Below are positions 49,936 to 62,640 of a stretch of DNA of 64,000 nucleotides, piece by piece. Under the pieces are notes generated by a model. The model was not told where the DNA came from, ran no database searches, and saw only the letters and a program-made list of their open reading frames with translations. The stretch's first letter is position 1, and each line of letters begins with the position of its first letter. Where the stretch lies: assembly GCA_973895155.1 (NCBI GenBank), contig OZ316893.1, positions 7,464,963-7,528,962 on the forward strand, read 5' to 3'. The translations under genes were made by a program, and so were the position numbers. The stretch is from Marsupella aquatica. Its lineage: Eukaryota; Plantae; Marchantiophyta.

Positions 49936-52900
49936 GGGGTATTTACAAACGACAGGAACCAGGAAACAGTAACAGCAAACAGTTTCTGTTACCAGGAGAA
50001 ATGGAAAAAACAACATGTGATTGAGCTCCATTATTTGGTCAAGAAGTAAAAAAAACACCATCAATAAACCCCATTTTCAGTCGTTTTCAATACCACCATC
50101 CAATTGTGAAGGAAAGTAGGGGCCATTAGAACAAAGGTGTTGTCGAAAACTGAAGATTAGCAGCTCCCAACGCTAGTATGCCGGCAGGGAAGGGCCAAAA
50201 TTTAGGTATTTCTAAAATAATGAAAAAGATGGAGATTCTACTTAACGTCAAGCAAGAAGAGAATTGTTGCCAAAATTTGTTGATATTAGCAGCGCCCAGC
50301 GCTAGTATTTTGGAAGAGATTGTCCGTCACATCAATCGAGAAGTGAACATAGGAAACTCAATTTGAAGCATTTCCAACAAAGAGGGGCCACAATAGACGT
50401 TGAATATTTTCAGCGATGGGCGCTACATTAAATGTCGGACTTCAAGAAATCAATGTCAGCGCCTAAACACGGAACACAATGAACATAAGCAGCGCTTGGC
50501 GCTAGCTCAAATCTAGGAATCAATGACTGACCATGAAAGAACAAGAGAGCCGATCCAAAACTGCATTCCTTACTTCCAAAATTGGTCAAAACATATAACC
50601 GGTATTACACCATCCGCAGATCATCTTCAAATCAACCCACGGCATAACATGAACATAAGTAGCGCTCGGCGCTAGCTTAAATCTAGCTCTCTTAAATGTA
50701 AACAAAAACTGGACCTTCTGTCACTGAAATCACACCCACCCCGAGCACTAGAATCTTAGCAATTTCCAGTAGTCGTCGAAGCCCGCCCTGGCCCGTATGT
50801 GCTTTTTCTTGACCTGAGCCGCACATAACAGGGCCGCTGATCCAAAATGGGCCTAAAGATGTAGCCGGAAATACATGAACTTTGAATCAACCAAAGAAGA
50901 AATCCCACGGTCCAAGACGAACAAAGCAACGCTCGGCGCTAGCTTAAATGGCAAGCTTATGGCCATTGAAGCTTGTGTCACTGAAACCACCTCCGTCATG
51001 AACAACTTTAGCTCTACGATTGGCAGTCGTCGTCAATGCCCGCCCTAGCCCGTCTGTGGTTTTGCTTGAAACCTAGACCCCTGAGCCGCACATAAGAGGA
51101 CGAGGGGCGCAAAAACTCCGCATTCTGATTCTCGAGGTCTAGAACATTTGTATCCAGGAAGTCAACACGTCCCAGTCGCTCTTGTACTCGTCGCTCAATA
51201 GGCTGAATACCATCAGCAGGAATGACAAAATGTTCAAAATGAAAACCGATCAGGAACTGCGAGTGGAGTGTCCCGGTCGTTAGTCCAAGGTAAGTTCCTC
51301 TCCCCGGGACTAATCGCCTCATCATAAGGAAGCGCAAAACGATTCCTGAAGGTCGAGGTCTCGCTGGAAGTGTCACCATGAATGGACTCAAAGGAGCTAA
51401 AGTGACTCTCATCCGGTCGAACTCTGGAAGGAGCGAAGAAGGCCTCCAAAGACATGATCTCCTTCTTCTCCATCTAGTGGGCACTGTTAAACGCAATCGA
51501 GGCTAATGACAAGACCAGTGTTGTTGAAATGACCCGACTTCGAGAGAGGTTGTGTTTGAAATAACTTGCAAGAGTGACCTAATGGAGAGTTTAGGTTTGG
51601 AGATCAGCAAAAACGTATCACAGAAAGGTGAAACGCAAAAAGGACCGTTGAGAAGGAGACGACAATTTCCGGTAACGACAAAATATGCGGGGCCAAGGAA
51701 CGGACGGAGGATTCAAAATTTGCAATTAGAAAAATAGACGTTTGGGGAGCGCTCGGCGCTAGTAAGGGAAATGAGGAATTTAATACATTTTATTATCAAT
51801 GTAATGTAAATAAATCATATATGGGATAACAAATACATGTATTATTATAACAGCGCCCGGCACTGGTAAAATCTAAGCCGCAAAACCGCTTCAAGAATCG
51901 GACGATTCCGATTCAGAGCTCTGTGACCTCTTGGTAGAGACCGCCTCGTCATCTACATACTTGCTCCTACAAACGTCGTCTACATAAGGATTTCAGACAA
52001 ATTTTCTATTAACTCCTCTCCGTAGCCGGAGACCTTTGTTTTCCCAACAAAGAGTCCTCTGATTATCTTCCATTCTTGCAGCGTTCTCAGCATAAGAGGG
52101 TAAAACAAATGGTTTCTCCGGAGTGACAATTTCAAAACGAGCTGCTTTTCTTTTGAGTTTGAAGCGTCTTCTCGTATTCCATTCGGACCTGGGTGAGAAC
52201 AGAAGTTTGTCAATCGATTGTATGAATGGATAGCACAAAAGCATGAAGGAATTGGAAAGGAGAAAGAAGCTTACGAGTTCCAGAACATTACTCAGTAGAG
52301 TCATCGCTGTCACTCTGGCCAGCGGATTGTTCTTGACCCTTCCCCTCAGGTGTGCCATCCTCATCTTCGTCTGCTGTACCACCACTTGACTCATCGTCAG
52401 AGTCAAAATTAAGTATAGAACGGAGCTTTCTCTCCTTTTCTTTTCGGGTGGCTGAATTGGGGGTGGCAAAGTTTCGACTTCCTTTGGAGAAAGTAGATCT
52501 AAGAACACCTTGGAACCAGTTTCAACAAAATCTTTCCTATTCTCCACTCCAATTACAAACCTCCTAGAATAGTCTCCAACTACAAAAGAGCTACCTGACC
52601 CCACTGTCCAATCCATGAAAATATCCCTAGGACGAGTGATGAGCTCAATCACAGATTGCATGAATCCAACCGACAAACGGGCATTTCCAGCAAATTCCAT
52701 CTCAGGTGTTGGATCGACTTTGAGAGAGGGAAGTCCAATTAAATTTGTAATGGAGGGATATTCCATGGCAGACAGAGGTCTAAACCTCAAGTCTTTTGGC
52801 ACCTTCCCTTTTTCAGACACTCGACAGAAGACGTCCAGCCTGAGCGTGAAGATCTGTAATATAACCCAAGAAAGGTATGTCAATGGATGCATTCATAAAC

Positions 52901-55223
52901 ATTTTTTGAACCGCAAACCAGATGTCATGTTGAGAAATTTACCTGTCGGTCAGTCTTCGGCGCGTACATTGGAACTGACATGACAACATTATGTGACGAG
53001 ATGCAATGAAACTTCTTCGAATCCTGACAAGCCGATATAACCTGAGACATCGGATCGTACTCCCCACTATGTAAAATGGCCAGCATTCCGTCATCAGATA
53101 AAAATGGATCCATTCCATGAAAGAAAGAGGTGGCCAAAGTGTGGTCTGGGACATTCCATTTCGAAACTTTTCTGTCTAGCAGAGATGGTTTAAGTCCTGT
53201 CGGAAGGTAGATAAAACCCGTGTGGACTCCAAATGATCTCTCCTTTCCACCATGCACAATGCCCTTCTCTTGAAAGCCAGACTTCATGAGATCCTTTCCC
53301 CACTTCTCTACACCATTCACCCAGTCAGGCTTCTCCCCTTTGTTAAACGTTGAGTCGTAGAATTCTGAGATGCTAGATTCAACAAGGCAGTGCCTTGAAA
53401 GTCTACTCTTGAAGTCCCCGACTTTGCGTTGAAGACCTACAGTAGTAGCACTTTCTCGAGAGGAAGATCCACCTTCAATGGTCCTTTTTCTCTTCTTCCT
53501 TGTACTGGTCGCATCCACTGGAGCGATCGCCTTCCCTTTGTCGGTGGGAGTAATTGGATCGGATGGTGCTCCGGTATTGGCTTCAGAAGCCTCTGGGGTG
53601 GCATCTATCTTTGTATCTCCGCTCCCCACGGCGTCTGACTTTCTCCCTGTTCAAATGGATGTCGAGGTGATATTTGTTAATATTGAGACAAAGACAATGC
53701 TAACGCCCAGCGTTGGCCAAACTATCTCTAAGACTTGGCCAATTCAGTTTCTGAAATATTGACTCTTATAACAGTGTCGGGCGCTAACAATGTAACAGAT
53801 ATTGATTGTCTAGGCAGCGCCGGGCGCTAACAATGTCCCTATATTGAATTCCATAGCAGCGCCAGGCGCTAACCAAAAGAAACAAAATATACTTACGTTT
53901 TTTCCCAGATCTTGTTGATTCACTTGGGGCCGTAGTATATGCTTTTGCTTTGGCGCGAGGCTTCCTGCTTCGGTCAACATGAACAATTGTTGTCTCGCAT
54001 ATTGTTTTCAATTGTGTTGTGGATTGATCCACATCGTCCGGAAGCCCCTGCTTCATGTCAGAAACAACGTTGATTGGGATCTGGGACTTAGACAGCTTAT
54101 GGAAAGCATCCTTTTCTCTATGATCAAAGGGCGAGTCCCATCTATCTGTATCTAGGTACCATGGACAATGGGTTCTCTCCCATTCACTCAAGGTCTTGCT
54201 GGGAAAATTCCCTCGGCAGGATACATAGAATACAATTTAGCTAAAGAATCACTCTCTGGTATTACAGTCCACTTGAGGAAGGCGGCGGGATACGCCCAGA
54301 AGTAATCAGGTTTTGTAGCTTCCATGTGGATGTAAAAACGGTAGAGGTACCTTTTTGCTCCCTTGTGGTTCTTCAAAGAGTAATCCTCTTTGTCAGGATA
54401 CTTTGAGGGCCACATTGTATTAAAAAACTTACCCTTGACAGAGTCACCATGTTTCCTAAAATCATTCGTGACTATGTCAATGAGAGATTTGAATGATTCA
54501 CATGCCCAATCTTGTAAACGATTCACGGGAATCGTTTGTTGGACCTCTCGCAGAGCACATTGCAACATCCCTACCGCAATCCCTTCTACATTATTCCATG
54601 TAATCCAAGTGTGACACCACTATTTTACTGGATCATCATTGACGCTATTCGGATGGAAGAATTGTCTCCGGAGCTCCGGATTGCAATGTGCTACAAGCAA
54701 AGTACTTCGTAGCTTGGCGTCAAGAGCCAAAACAGTTGTAAAAAGCCTGGCCCGGTCCATGGTACACAACACGGTATCTGGCTTCTACTCCCGCTTATTC
54801 CTCTCCATGACAGCATACATTTCTCCGCACATAGACAGAAAGTCCTCAAACTCTGGACTCAACAAAGGAGTGATTTTTGAGGTCTTCATTGCCCATTCCT
54901 TGGTTGCTTCCTTCATCATAACGGCATGCCTTCTGGAAACCTCCTCGACCGACCAAGGGGTACAGAGGGCCGCAGCGGACTCCATATCAATCTTGAACTG
55001 GTTCGAATATGACTTCATCTTATCCTGACATAGAATGTACACAAGAGCCTCTTGAGGCATCTTCTTTGTGTACCAGGATCCTTTTCGCGTCTTCATCCTG
55101 ATCTGCTCAAACTTCTTGTAATTCGCAGGGTCGATGAGCTTACTATAGTACTCCAGGTCATGCATCAAGATCCGCTTAATTCGATCGGCGTCTAGGATCC
55201 AGGAGGGTTCCACAACGGCTTGT

Positions 55224-55577
55224 GGTGGATTGCATGATTGAGGACTACTATTTTAGTCCTTTTTTCTCCATAAGAAAGGACTCCATGAGCACTTAATAGG
55301 AGTCCATGAACACTGAATGTGCCATATATCCCTTGGTGGCTAGGATTGAGTAGTTGAGATTGAAAGGTTAGATCTTGCATGCCAAGTCTTTTGGAAGTGT
55401 GTCCACACTTTTTGAAAGTCCTTAACCTCTTGGAAGTGTGCCCAACATTTGTGGAACTGTGTCATGAAGTATTTTTTACCTAAGATGTGCTAATCTTGGC
55501 CGTTGACAGTCCTTGGATTAGTGAAAGGACTGGAGACTTTTTGCCTCCTTTGGTAGTCCTCAATCATGCAATCCACC
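55224..55577. mobile_element. 354-bp MITE with 25-bp perfect TIR and 4-bp TSD
   Basis: GGTGGATTGCATGATTGAGGACTAC...GTAGTCCTCAATCATGCAATCCACC; TSD TTGT; removal restores the exon start seen in A and B. Confidence 0.92.
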
Positions 55578-55968
55578 TTGTCCAAGTCTGAAATAAAAGA
55601 ACGAAATGAGGAGAACATATAAGCAACGTCGGGCGCTTGCAAAACATGGCCTCGGAAAGTTACGCTAGAAAGAATGAACAATTTACAATGACTCACGAAG
55701 TTATGCACAAAAGAGTATCTTACTAGTTAACCGTGTGCATAGCCGCTTCGATTTCTATCAGCGAACCCTTGTCGCCATTGAAAACAGTACAAAGCACATG
55801 TGGGTGGTACTTTGGGTTTTTGGGACTCTCCTGAGTGACAAGAGTCCACGAGTAAAGCCTATGGTTCCCGTCAAAAACTGAGAACATTCTGTCCTTCAAA
55901 ACCAGAAAATCTGGGTCGGCAGGACATTCTTCCTCGAATTTCTCATTCTCAGATGTCCATATTGGATC

Positions 55969-56305
55969 GGGTATGGCATGCGTGACAGTAAACAGGAAAC
56001 AGGAAATTTACAGTTACCAGGAAAAATAACAATGTCAAAATATTTTCTAAAACGTCAAATTTTCCAAAAAAAATTAAATTATAACATTTTTTGGCTAGCT
56101 TTGGGCGCTAGCATTACCAGCGCCGGGCGCTAGCAAAAATTAAAAAAAATTCGAAAAAAAAAACTTTTTTTTCCAAAAAACAATTTCAAAAAAAAAATTC
56201 AAAAAAAAATTCAAAAAAAAATTCAAAAAAATTACCACTCATTTCCTGTTACCAGTTTCTGTTTCCTGTTACTGTTTGCTGTTTCCTGTCGTTTGTAAAT
56301 ACCCC
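55969..56305. mobile_element. 337-bp non-autonomous derivative of the MULE family
   Basis: GGGTATGG...GTAAATACCCC ends with AAACAGG repeats; perfect 9-bp TSD TATTGGATC; two internal 15-bp palindromes. Confidence 0.92.
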
Positions 56306-59300
56306 TATTGGATCCCAACTCTCACGAATTTCTTGAGTACAGGTGAGAAGCACTCCCTTAGCATTGGTAGGCTGAACGTAAAACCTCATTCCAATCAAAG
56401 AATTGTATCCCATGCTACGGAAAGAGTCTTTCAGCTTGTCGATGGAAGAACTATCTTTCTATAGAGTTCGGACAACCTCCATATGCACCAATCAACATAG
56501 TGGAATTTGTGGAGGCTCTTTGTCAAACCCTCTGAAATCCTTCCCAAATGACATAACATGTTTCAAAATAAGATCCGTCTCGGAAAACGAAACATCTTGA
56601 ATCGCAAATGTGTCAAGATTCTCCATGTTCTTTCTCGCTGGCTTGGCAAACAAAATACCAGAGATTGGAACAAGCGATGCGATGGACCTCGTTACTCGAC
56701 GCGTATACACTGAACCAGAGAATGAAGACTCAGAAGACTCGCAATACCCACGATCCTGATCCCCAACCACACTATACCCCCTCGACGAGGAGGGGATTGC
56801 ATCCATCGTCTTTACGATAAAAGGTGTACGAACGGAATCCTCACGACTGATTACCAGTTCTTCGTACCATATTAACAGTTGCGGCCATATTATATCCGAT
56901 CAATGAGCGCTATTCCCCTCTTTGTAATCGGTTGGAGAGATGTTACTCATTGCGAATGACGAGATTCAATATTATTTATCCGTGACAAAAAGCGATATTT
57001 TAGAAATTGCGATAAGTATTAATGTGAATTACGCTAAAATGTTGTCGTGATCATCACGCTAAACATTAGTTACCGTTAAATGTTACCGTTGTCTCAACAC
57101 CTTTCAGGCAGACATGCAATGCCAGCGCCGGGCGTTAACGAAGAAGTGACTACCAAATTCAAACATTTATTGGTGAACAAATGCTAGCGCCCGGCGCTAG
57201 CCATTTGAATAATTTCATTAACATTCTATTTTAGTAACAGATATTGTCAACCAACTTCCAAGTGTACTCATTTCACCCGTAGTACGCTCATATGCGCATA
57301 AGCTCATAGGCGCATAAGCGTATTAGTGCTTTCGCGTCTAAGCAAAAAATAGTAATACTAAAATATTTTTAACTTTCAAACCACATGTAGGTTTAAGTTG
57401 AGATTTTCAGGGTAGGTTCTACTTAGTAAGGGCTACCTCCTAGAAAAGTATGAGACTTTTCTGACTACTTTAACTATTTAACTAAAATTGTGTGGATCTA
57501 TATAACTTAACTATGGTCGTAGGAGAGTTAATCTTCTTGGAGTAGTGCTGTATGATCTGGTTGCTAAACTCTTGTGTAGGTATTCTCTTGCATAGCTTCT
57601 CGAATTATATCCATGTCTTGAGCGTGATGCCGATAGAATGGTAAAGACTTCCGCTGTCATTCAAGATTGAGAATAGGAAGTAGTCTCCGGTGTAACATGG
57701 TATTAGGTAAAGTGTCCAGTTGATCTAAATTGCTACAAAAGGTAACTTTATTGCACCTTTGAGTTAGAAAAAGTTCAAAATTTATAATTTTTCTATCATT
57801 TCTAACTAATGTACTGTATTACATACTTGGCAACATGGTTGTGCCTGATGAATGTCTCTCCTTTGGTCTCCTTTCTCGAGTCCCCGATTCCTCCTCTAAG
57901 AAGGCTTCCTTGACTGGTGGGGGCTCAGAATCACCCGCAATGTCCTCACCATCAAGCCCCACATTGTCCAAAATCAAATCATCATCATGCTCATCATCTG
58001 AAAAGTCAAGCTCATGAGCGGCAGGGCTAACTTCCTCTTTTTCAAAGTAGTCAGCCCGTGGATCGCCAAGGCTTGCGACGCTAGCGGGGGTCGTATCAAT
58101 TGCCTTACTCTTACGTCGTTGTCCAGAGATTTCCAACAAAGTAAGAGGGTCGGAATGAAGCCCCCTACTGATGTCCCACTCATTAGAGTGAATAGAGGGG
58201 CGTGAGCCACTTCAACCATTGATTTTGCCTTGGTACGTCGCTTTCGTCCTTCCCCCTTGGCCATCCCAAGATCTATTGCAAATGCTTTCAATCGCATCAC
58301 CAAGCCCAAGCCGTTAAGATATGGCCCCACAAAAAATACTTATTTTCTTTTGGATTCTGACTTAACTTGACGTTTGGCCCTGGCGTGTATGAAAGCATAA
58401 GCTCTGATACCACAAGTGGTGGCCCTCCCACCACGTGCCCGTCCAAACTCGTTTCTCAGCCTTGAAACAAGTAGAACCTTGCACTAACATGGAATGTTGG
58501 GGCAAGTTCTCTCCGACTATACTCCTTGTCATTAGCGACCCCTCCCATACGAAGCCGCACTTGCCCTCGTCAGCACAACCGTCGCTCAACGGTCTTTACT
58601 ATCTGCACAAGCAACCAACCAACCGGTAAGAACCCGTCTTGATTTCAGAACTCCCAAGACCATTATCTTGCATCAAGCTCAACAGTCGTTAGTAAGTAGG
58701 TCAGCGGATAGAGCCTCCCAAGCCCGCATGGCCTTGCCATAAGCTGAAACTAAGGTCGGCATCACTGTTCATCCGGAATAGTCTATCTACCGCATGTCGC
58801 CCAAGCTTCTCCACTTTCTACCCGTCAATGGCTGACCGCACTACCTCCAAGACATGCCCATGGCCCAATCTCAGTTTGTCACAAACTAGTAGTAACACGT
58901 CGGGACCATTCAATTTCTAGATCTTAGCCACCTCTCAGCGAAATCGGGTTCCGCTCAACCTCTCACCATGCATCGGCACCAGATCTCAACGGCAGCCCCA
59001 GAGTCTACTTGGTTCTACCTCTCCAACATCAGGTCCCCGTGGGAACCAAATGCGGTTTGATGAATGTTCGACTTCAGATCGGCAAGAGGGACTCCCCCCA
59101 TTGCCAGCCTCAAAACCAAAACCATCCAATGCACAATCATAGAGCAGCATGAGGTAGTTTTCTTCATTAGCTTTCCAATGAGCCCAAGAACTCCTCCAAC
59201 AGAGATCCGGTCGTCGAGTTATGCTTGTTTCCGCTTCAAAACTTGAAACGACGTATCTTCGTCGATCGCGATCAGCTCAAGCTCAACTTGAGAGGACCAC

Positions 59301-59537
59301 TCCCCTCATATATGCTTATGGGGACCTGCCCTCCTGGACCAGCTTTGGTACCCTATCTTTGGCCCCCTACCCAAGGGTCCGTGGACCCCGCCACTTAGCT
59401 CGAAACGAAGATAATCAAAAACCTTCCGTAACTTGGCCTCAAGCACAAATTGTGACATAGGGGGCTAAAAGTTGCGGCCCTAAACCCGCTCTGGTCCAGG
59501 CAACCCCCCTTGGTCCATCGATATGCGACGACTCTAA

Positions 59538-59830
59538 ATTGGCCATAACTTTTGGCCCCTAGGTCTATTGGCCAAAAAATACGCGGCCCCATGATCGGGC
59601 TCATGTGGGGCTTCTTGGGCCCCCATGGTGATCCATCGGAAAAATAGTTCATTTTTCTGTGATCGGCCATCAGCCCAAACTACAAGTATGCGGTTTGAGT
59701 TGGCCATAACTTTTGGCCCCTGGGTTCGTTGGCCGAGAAATATGTGGCCCCATGATTGGGCTCATGTGGGGCTTCTCGGGCCCCTATGGTGATCCGTTGG
59801 AAAAATAGTTCATTTTTCCTTGATCGACAG
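59538..59830. repeat. ~160-bp direct repeat, two copies
   Basis: TTGGCCATAACTTTTGGCCCC...GGCTCATGTGGGGCTTCT...AAAATAGTTCATTTT at ~59539 and ~59700. Confidence 0.85.
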
Positions 59831-60027
59831 TGGGCCCAATAGAGTTAAATTGGAGCGCGCTTTTCTCAAGTCTTGTCCTTGCTCTTACTAGCCTCCTCTT
59901 TGTTAGTCGCATTCCTAATGGCCATGATGGTAGAAAATCTAAGAGGGGCTCAACGCTGGAGTTAGGCAACGCCGGAGCAATTACAAGTAGGTGAAAGTTA
60001 TATTCGCGACTCCGAAGGACGATAGCC

Positions 60028-61600
60028 TTCCATTGGTGTTGCGCTACTTCTTGTAGAGACAAAAATGGCTTCATTTCCCTTTGGATAGGATGGTATGCAT
60101 CAATGGTGACACTTTTGAAAAATTACTCCAAAGTTGTATGACTTGGGAGTGATTTCCCCAAGATTGTATCATCCCTTAAATAAACACATAAATGAGATAC
60201 CAAAGTGCTAATGGTGCAACTAGTGGTTGGAGAATAGTAAATATAGTATTTGGCACCTAGTGGAGGGGTTGCGAGCTCTATGTGGGGCCACATGGCACTC
60301 TAGGGCCCACCTCCAGCCCTTAGCCCCAAATTGGTCATTCATGCTTGTCTTCAATCACTACACTAGAGACCCCTCAAATGACAACAAGTCCAGTCATTTG
60401 AATTATATGACATCCCATATGACCATTTCAATGACCCTACTTGTGGTCATTGGCACTTATGACATGATTTTGTTAAAAAATGACCCAATGAAGGTCGTAG
60501 TACCTTCAAAGAGAGCCCGCTCTAGATTCCTTGCAAAAATGGAATATTCGTATACCTTTAAACATCAGACACATCACAGAGGGAAGCATCACTACCATGC
60601 CCATTCCATTGGTGTTGCGCTACCTCTTGGAGAGACAAAAAATGGCTTCATTTGCGTTTGGATACGGTGGTATGCATCCATGGTGACACTTTTGGCAAAT
60701 GACTCCAAAGTCATATGAGTTGGGAGTGATTTCCCCAAAGGTGCATCGTGCCTTAAGTAAACGCAAAAACATGTGTCCAAAGTGTTCATGGCAGAACTAG
60801 TGGTTGGAAAATGATGAGTATAGTGTCCCCCACCTAGTGGAGGGGTTCTCAGCTCTATGTGGGGCCACATGGCACTCTAGGGCCCGCTTCCAGCCCCTAG
60901 CCCCAAACTGGTCATTTGTGCTTCTGCTTAATGACTGCATGAGGGACCACACCAATGACCACAAGTCCAATTATTTGACTTATATGACATCTCATATGAC
61001 AAGTTTAATGACCCTACTTGTAGTCATTGGAATTTATGACACGAATATTTTCAGAAATGACCCAATAAAGATTACACTGCCTCCTTGATTGCCCCGTCAC
61101 TATTCATTTGCAAAATAGAATATTCCCCATCCAAACACCGGCACAAACATGACACAATTACATTGAAGGATGACAACCTTCCATTGGTGTTCCGCTACTT
61201 CTTGGAGAGACAAAAAATGGCATCATTTGCGTTTGGATACGGTGGTGTGCATCCATGGTGACACTTTTGGCAAATCACTCCAAAATCATATGACTTGGAA
61301 GTGATTTCCCCAAAGGTGTATCATGCCTTAAGTAAACGCAAAAACATGTGTCCAAAGTGTTCATGGCACAACTAGTGGATGGACAATGATGAGTATAGTG
61401 TCCCCCACCTAGTGGAGAGCTTCCCACCTCTATGTAGGGCCCATGGCACACTCAGGCCCACCTTAAGCTCGTAGGCCAAAAATGGTCATTTTTGCTGGTC
61501 CATAATGACACCACGAGGGATGTCTTGAATGACGACATCCCCGGTCATTTGGTCAAAATGACCTCTAATATGATAGCCAACATTATCCTTACTGCAGTCA
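60028..61600. repeat. ~575-bp tandem repeat, ~2.7 copies
   Basis: TTCCATTGGTGTT(G/C)CGCTAC...GAGACAAAAA recurs at ~60028, ~60605 and ~61179 with colinear downstream sequence. Confidence 0.9.
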
Positions 61601-62328
61601 TAGACATTCTTCAATGACTACAATTATGACCAGTGTTCGCAATGACTGTATAATATTTTAATCATTGATATATCCAGGATGCCTTAATGACTCTATAAAT
61701 AGTCATTTATGACTCAAGTCTGTAATGACAGTATATATCCTGATTTTTAGATTGACTCTACACGTAGTCATTTATGAAACAAGTCCATAATGACTGTATG
61801 TTGCTGTAAATACTGATATATCTTAATTCTTAGATTGACACTAGATTTAGTCATTTATGAGACAAGTCCATAATGACTGTTTGTTGTTGTAAACATTGAT
61901 ATCTATTGATTTTTTGATTGACCATAGATTTAGTCATTTAGCACCGTTGGTTAAAATGACCGAATTAGTTTTTTTGTCATTTATTACTGTTGTCCAAAAT
62001 GACTCAAATAGGTTTTTTGTCATTTCAATCATAGTCCAAAATGAATACAATGGTGCTAAACACTGATTTATCATTGTTTTGATAGGTTACGTCATTTAGG
62101 ACATATGTTTGAATAGACCATTTTAAGAAAATGGTGTCATTTTGGTCATATCAATCATTACAGACCTTTTACAAAATGACACAAAAATGATCATTTTGTC
62201 ATTTCAGTCTATTGGTTATTTGGACAGTCATTCTCCGGTCATTCATTTTGTGTCATTGAGTATTTAGGTCATTTATGCATTTCAGTCATTGGGCGGTAGG
62301 TCATAAAGGGCCATGTTTTCTTCTAGTG
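61600..62328. mobile_element. CACTA right terminus with AATGAC/GTCATT subterminal repeat array
   Basis: Ends GGCCATGTTTTCTTCTAGTG (= CACTAGAAGAAAAC...); dozens of GTCATT/AATGAC motifs in both orientations. Confidence 0.8.
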
Positions 62329-62640
62329 TTTGTCGATAGAGATGCTGAAGTCGGGGCTTGATTGGAAAATAATGAAAGACCTACCAAAATCAATGTAACA
62401 TCATCAATTTGACGTCAATAACCCTAAACGTCCTTCCAAGCTACGTGACAGAAATAAGAACAGGGTCACAAATGATGTTTTTTTACTATGATGTACCTTG
62501 CAACATTTCTTATTGTTTCACATACGACGTTAATAAAAATCTGCGTTGTGTTAGAAGACGCTAAGTTAGGTTGACGACGTAAAGTAATCGAGTAACATAG
62601 GTATATACAACATAGTTTGAAAGAACGCAACCCTAAAAGT

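Larger units (their letters stand above)
52288..56806 (-). pseudogene. ParB-like/MTase-like fusion gene, copy C, disrupted by two MITEs
   Basis: MDAIPSSSRGYSVVG start homologous to B; MFSVFDGNHRLYSWT at ~55843-55887; GFIYLPTG; DWTVGSGSSFVVGDYSRRFVIGVE. Confidence 0.8.
49936..57270 (-). mobile_element. Mutator-like element copy C, inverted; transposase half absent from the window
   Basis: Terminus GGGGTATTTACAAACGACAGGAA is the reverse complement of the end at 56283-56305; ParB/MTase gene on minus; palindromes run to 57199; right boundary approximate. Confidence 0.8.

Noticed and set aside
51014-51496. A fourth MULE gene in the subterminal region of copy C
   Set aside because: No recognisable motif and no evident counterpart in copy B (40749-41067); cannot be supported
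49936-56305. One TIR element defined by the matching GGGGTATTTACAAACGACAGG ends
   Set aside because: The 56305 end belongs to the MITE 55969-56305 with its own perfect 9-bp TSD; gene C continues beyond it
9635-62328. The two CACTA ends as one 52.7-kb element
   Set aside because: TIRs differ after CACTA (CACTACAAAGAAAG vs CACTAGAAGAAAAC), flanking triplets differ (TTG vs TTT) and subterminal motifs differ
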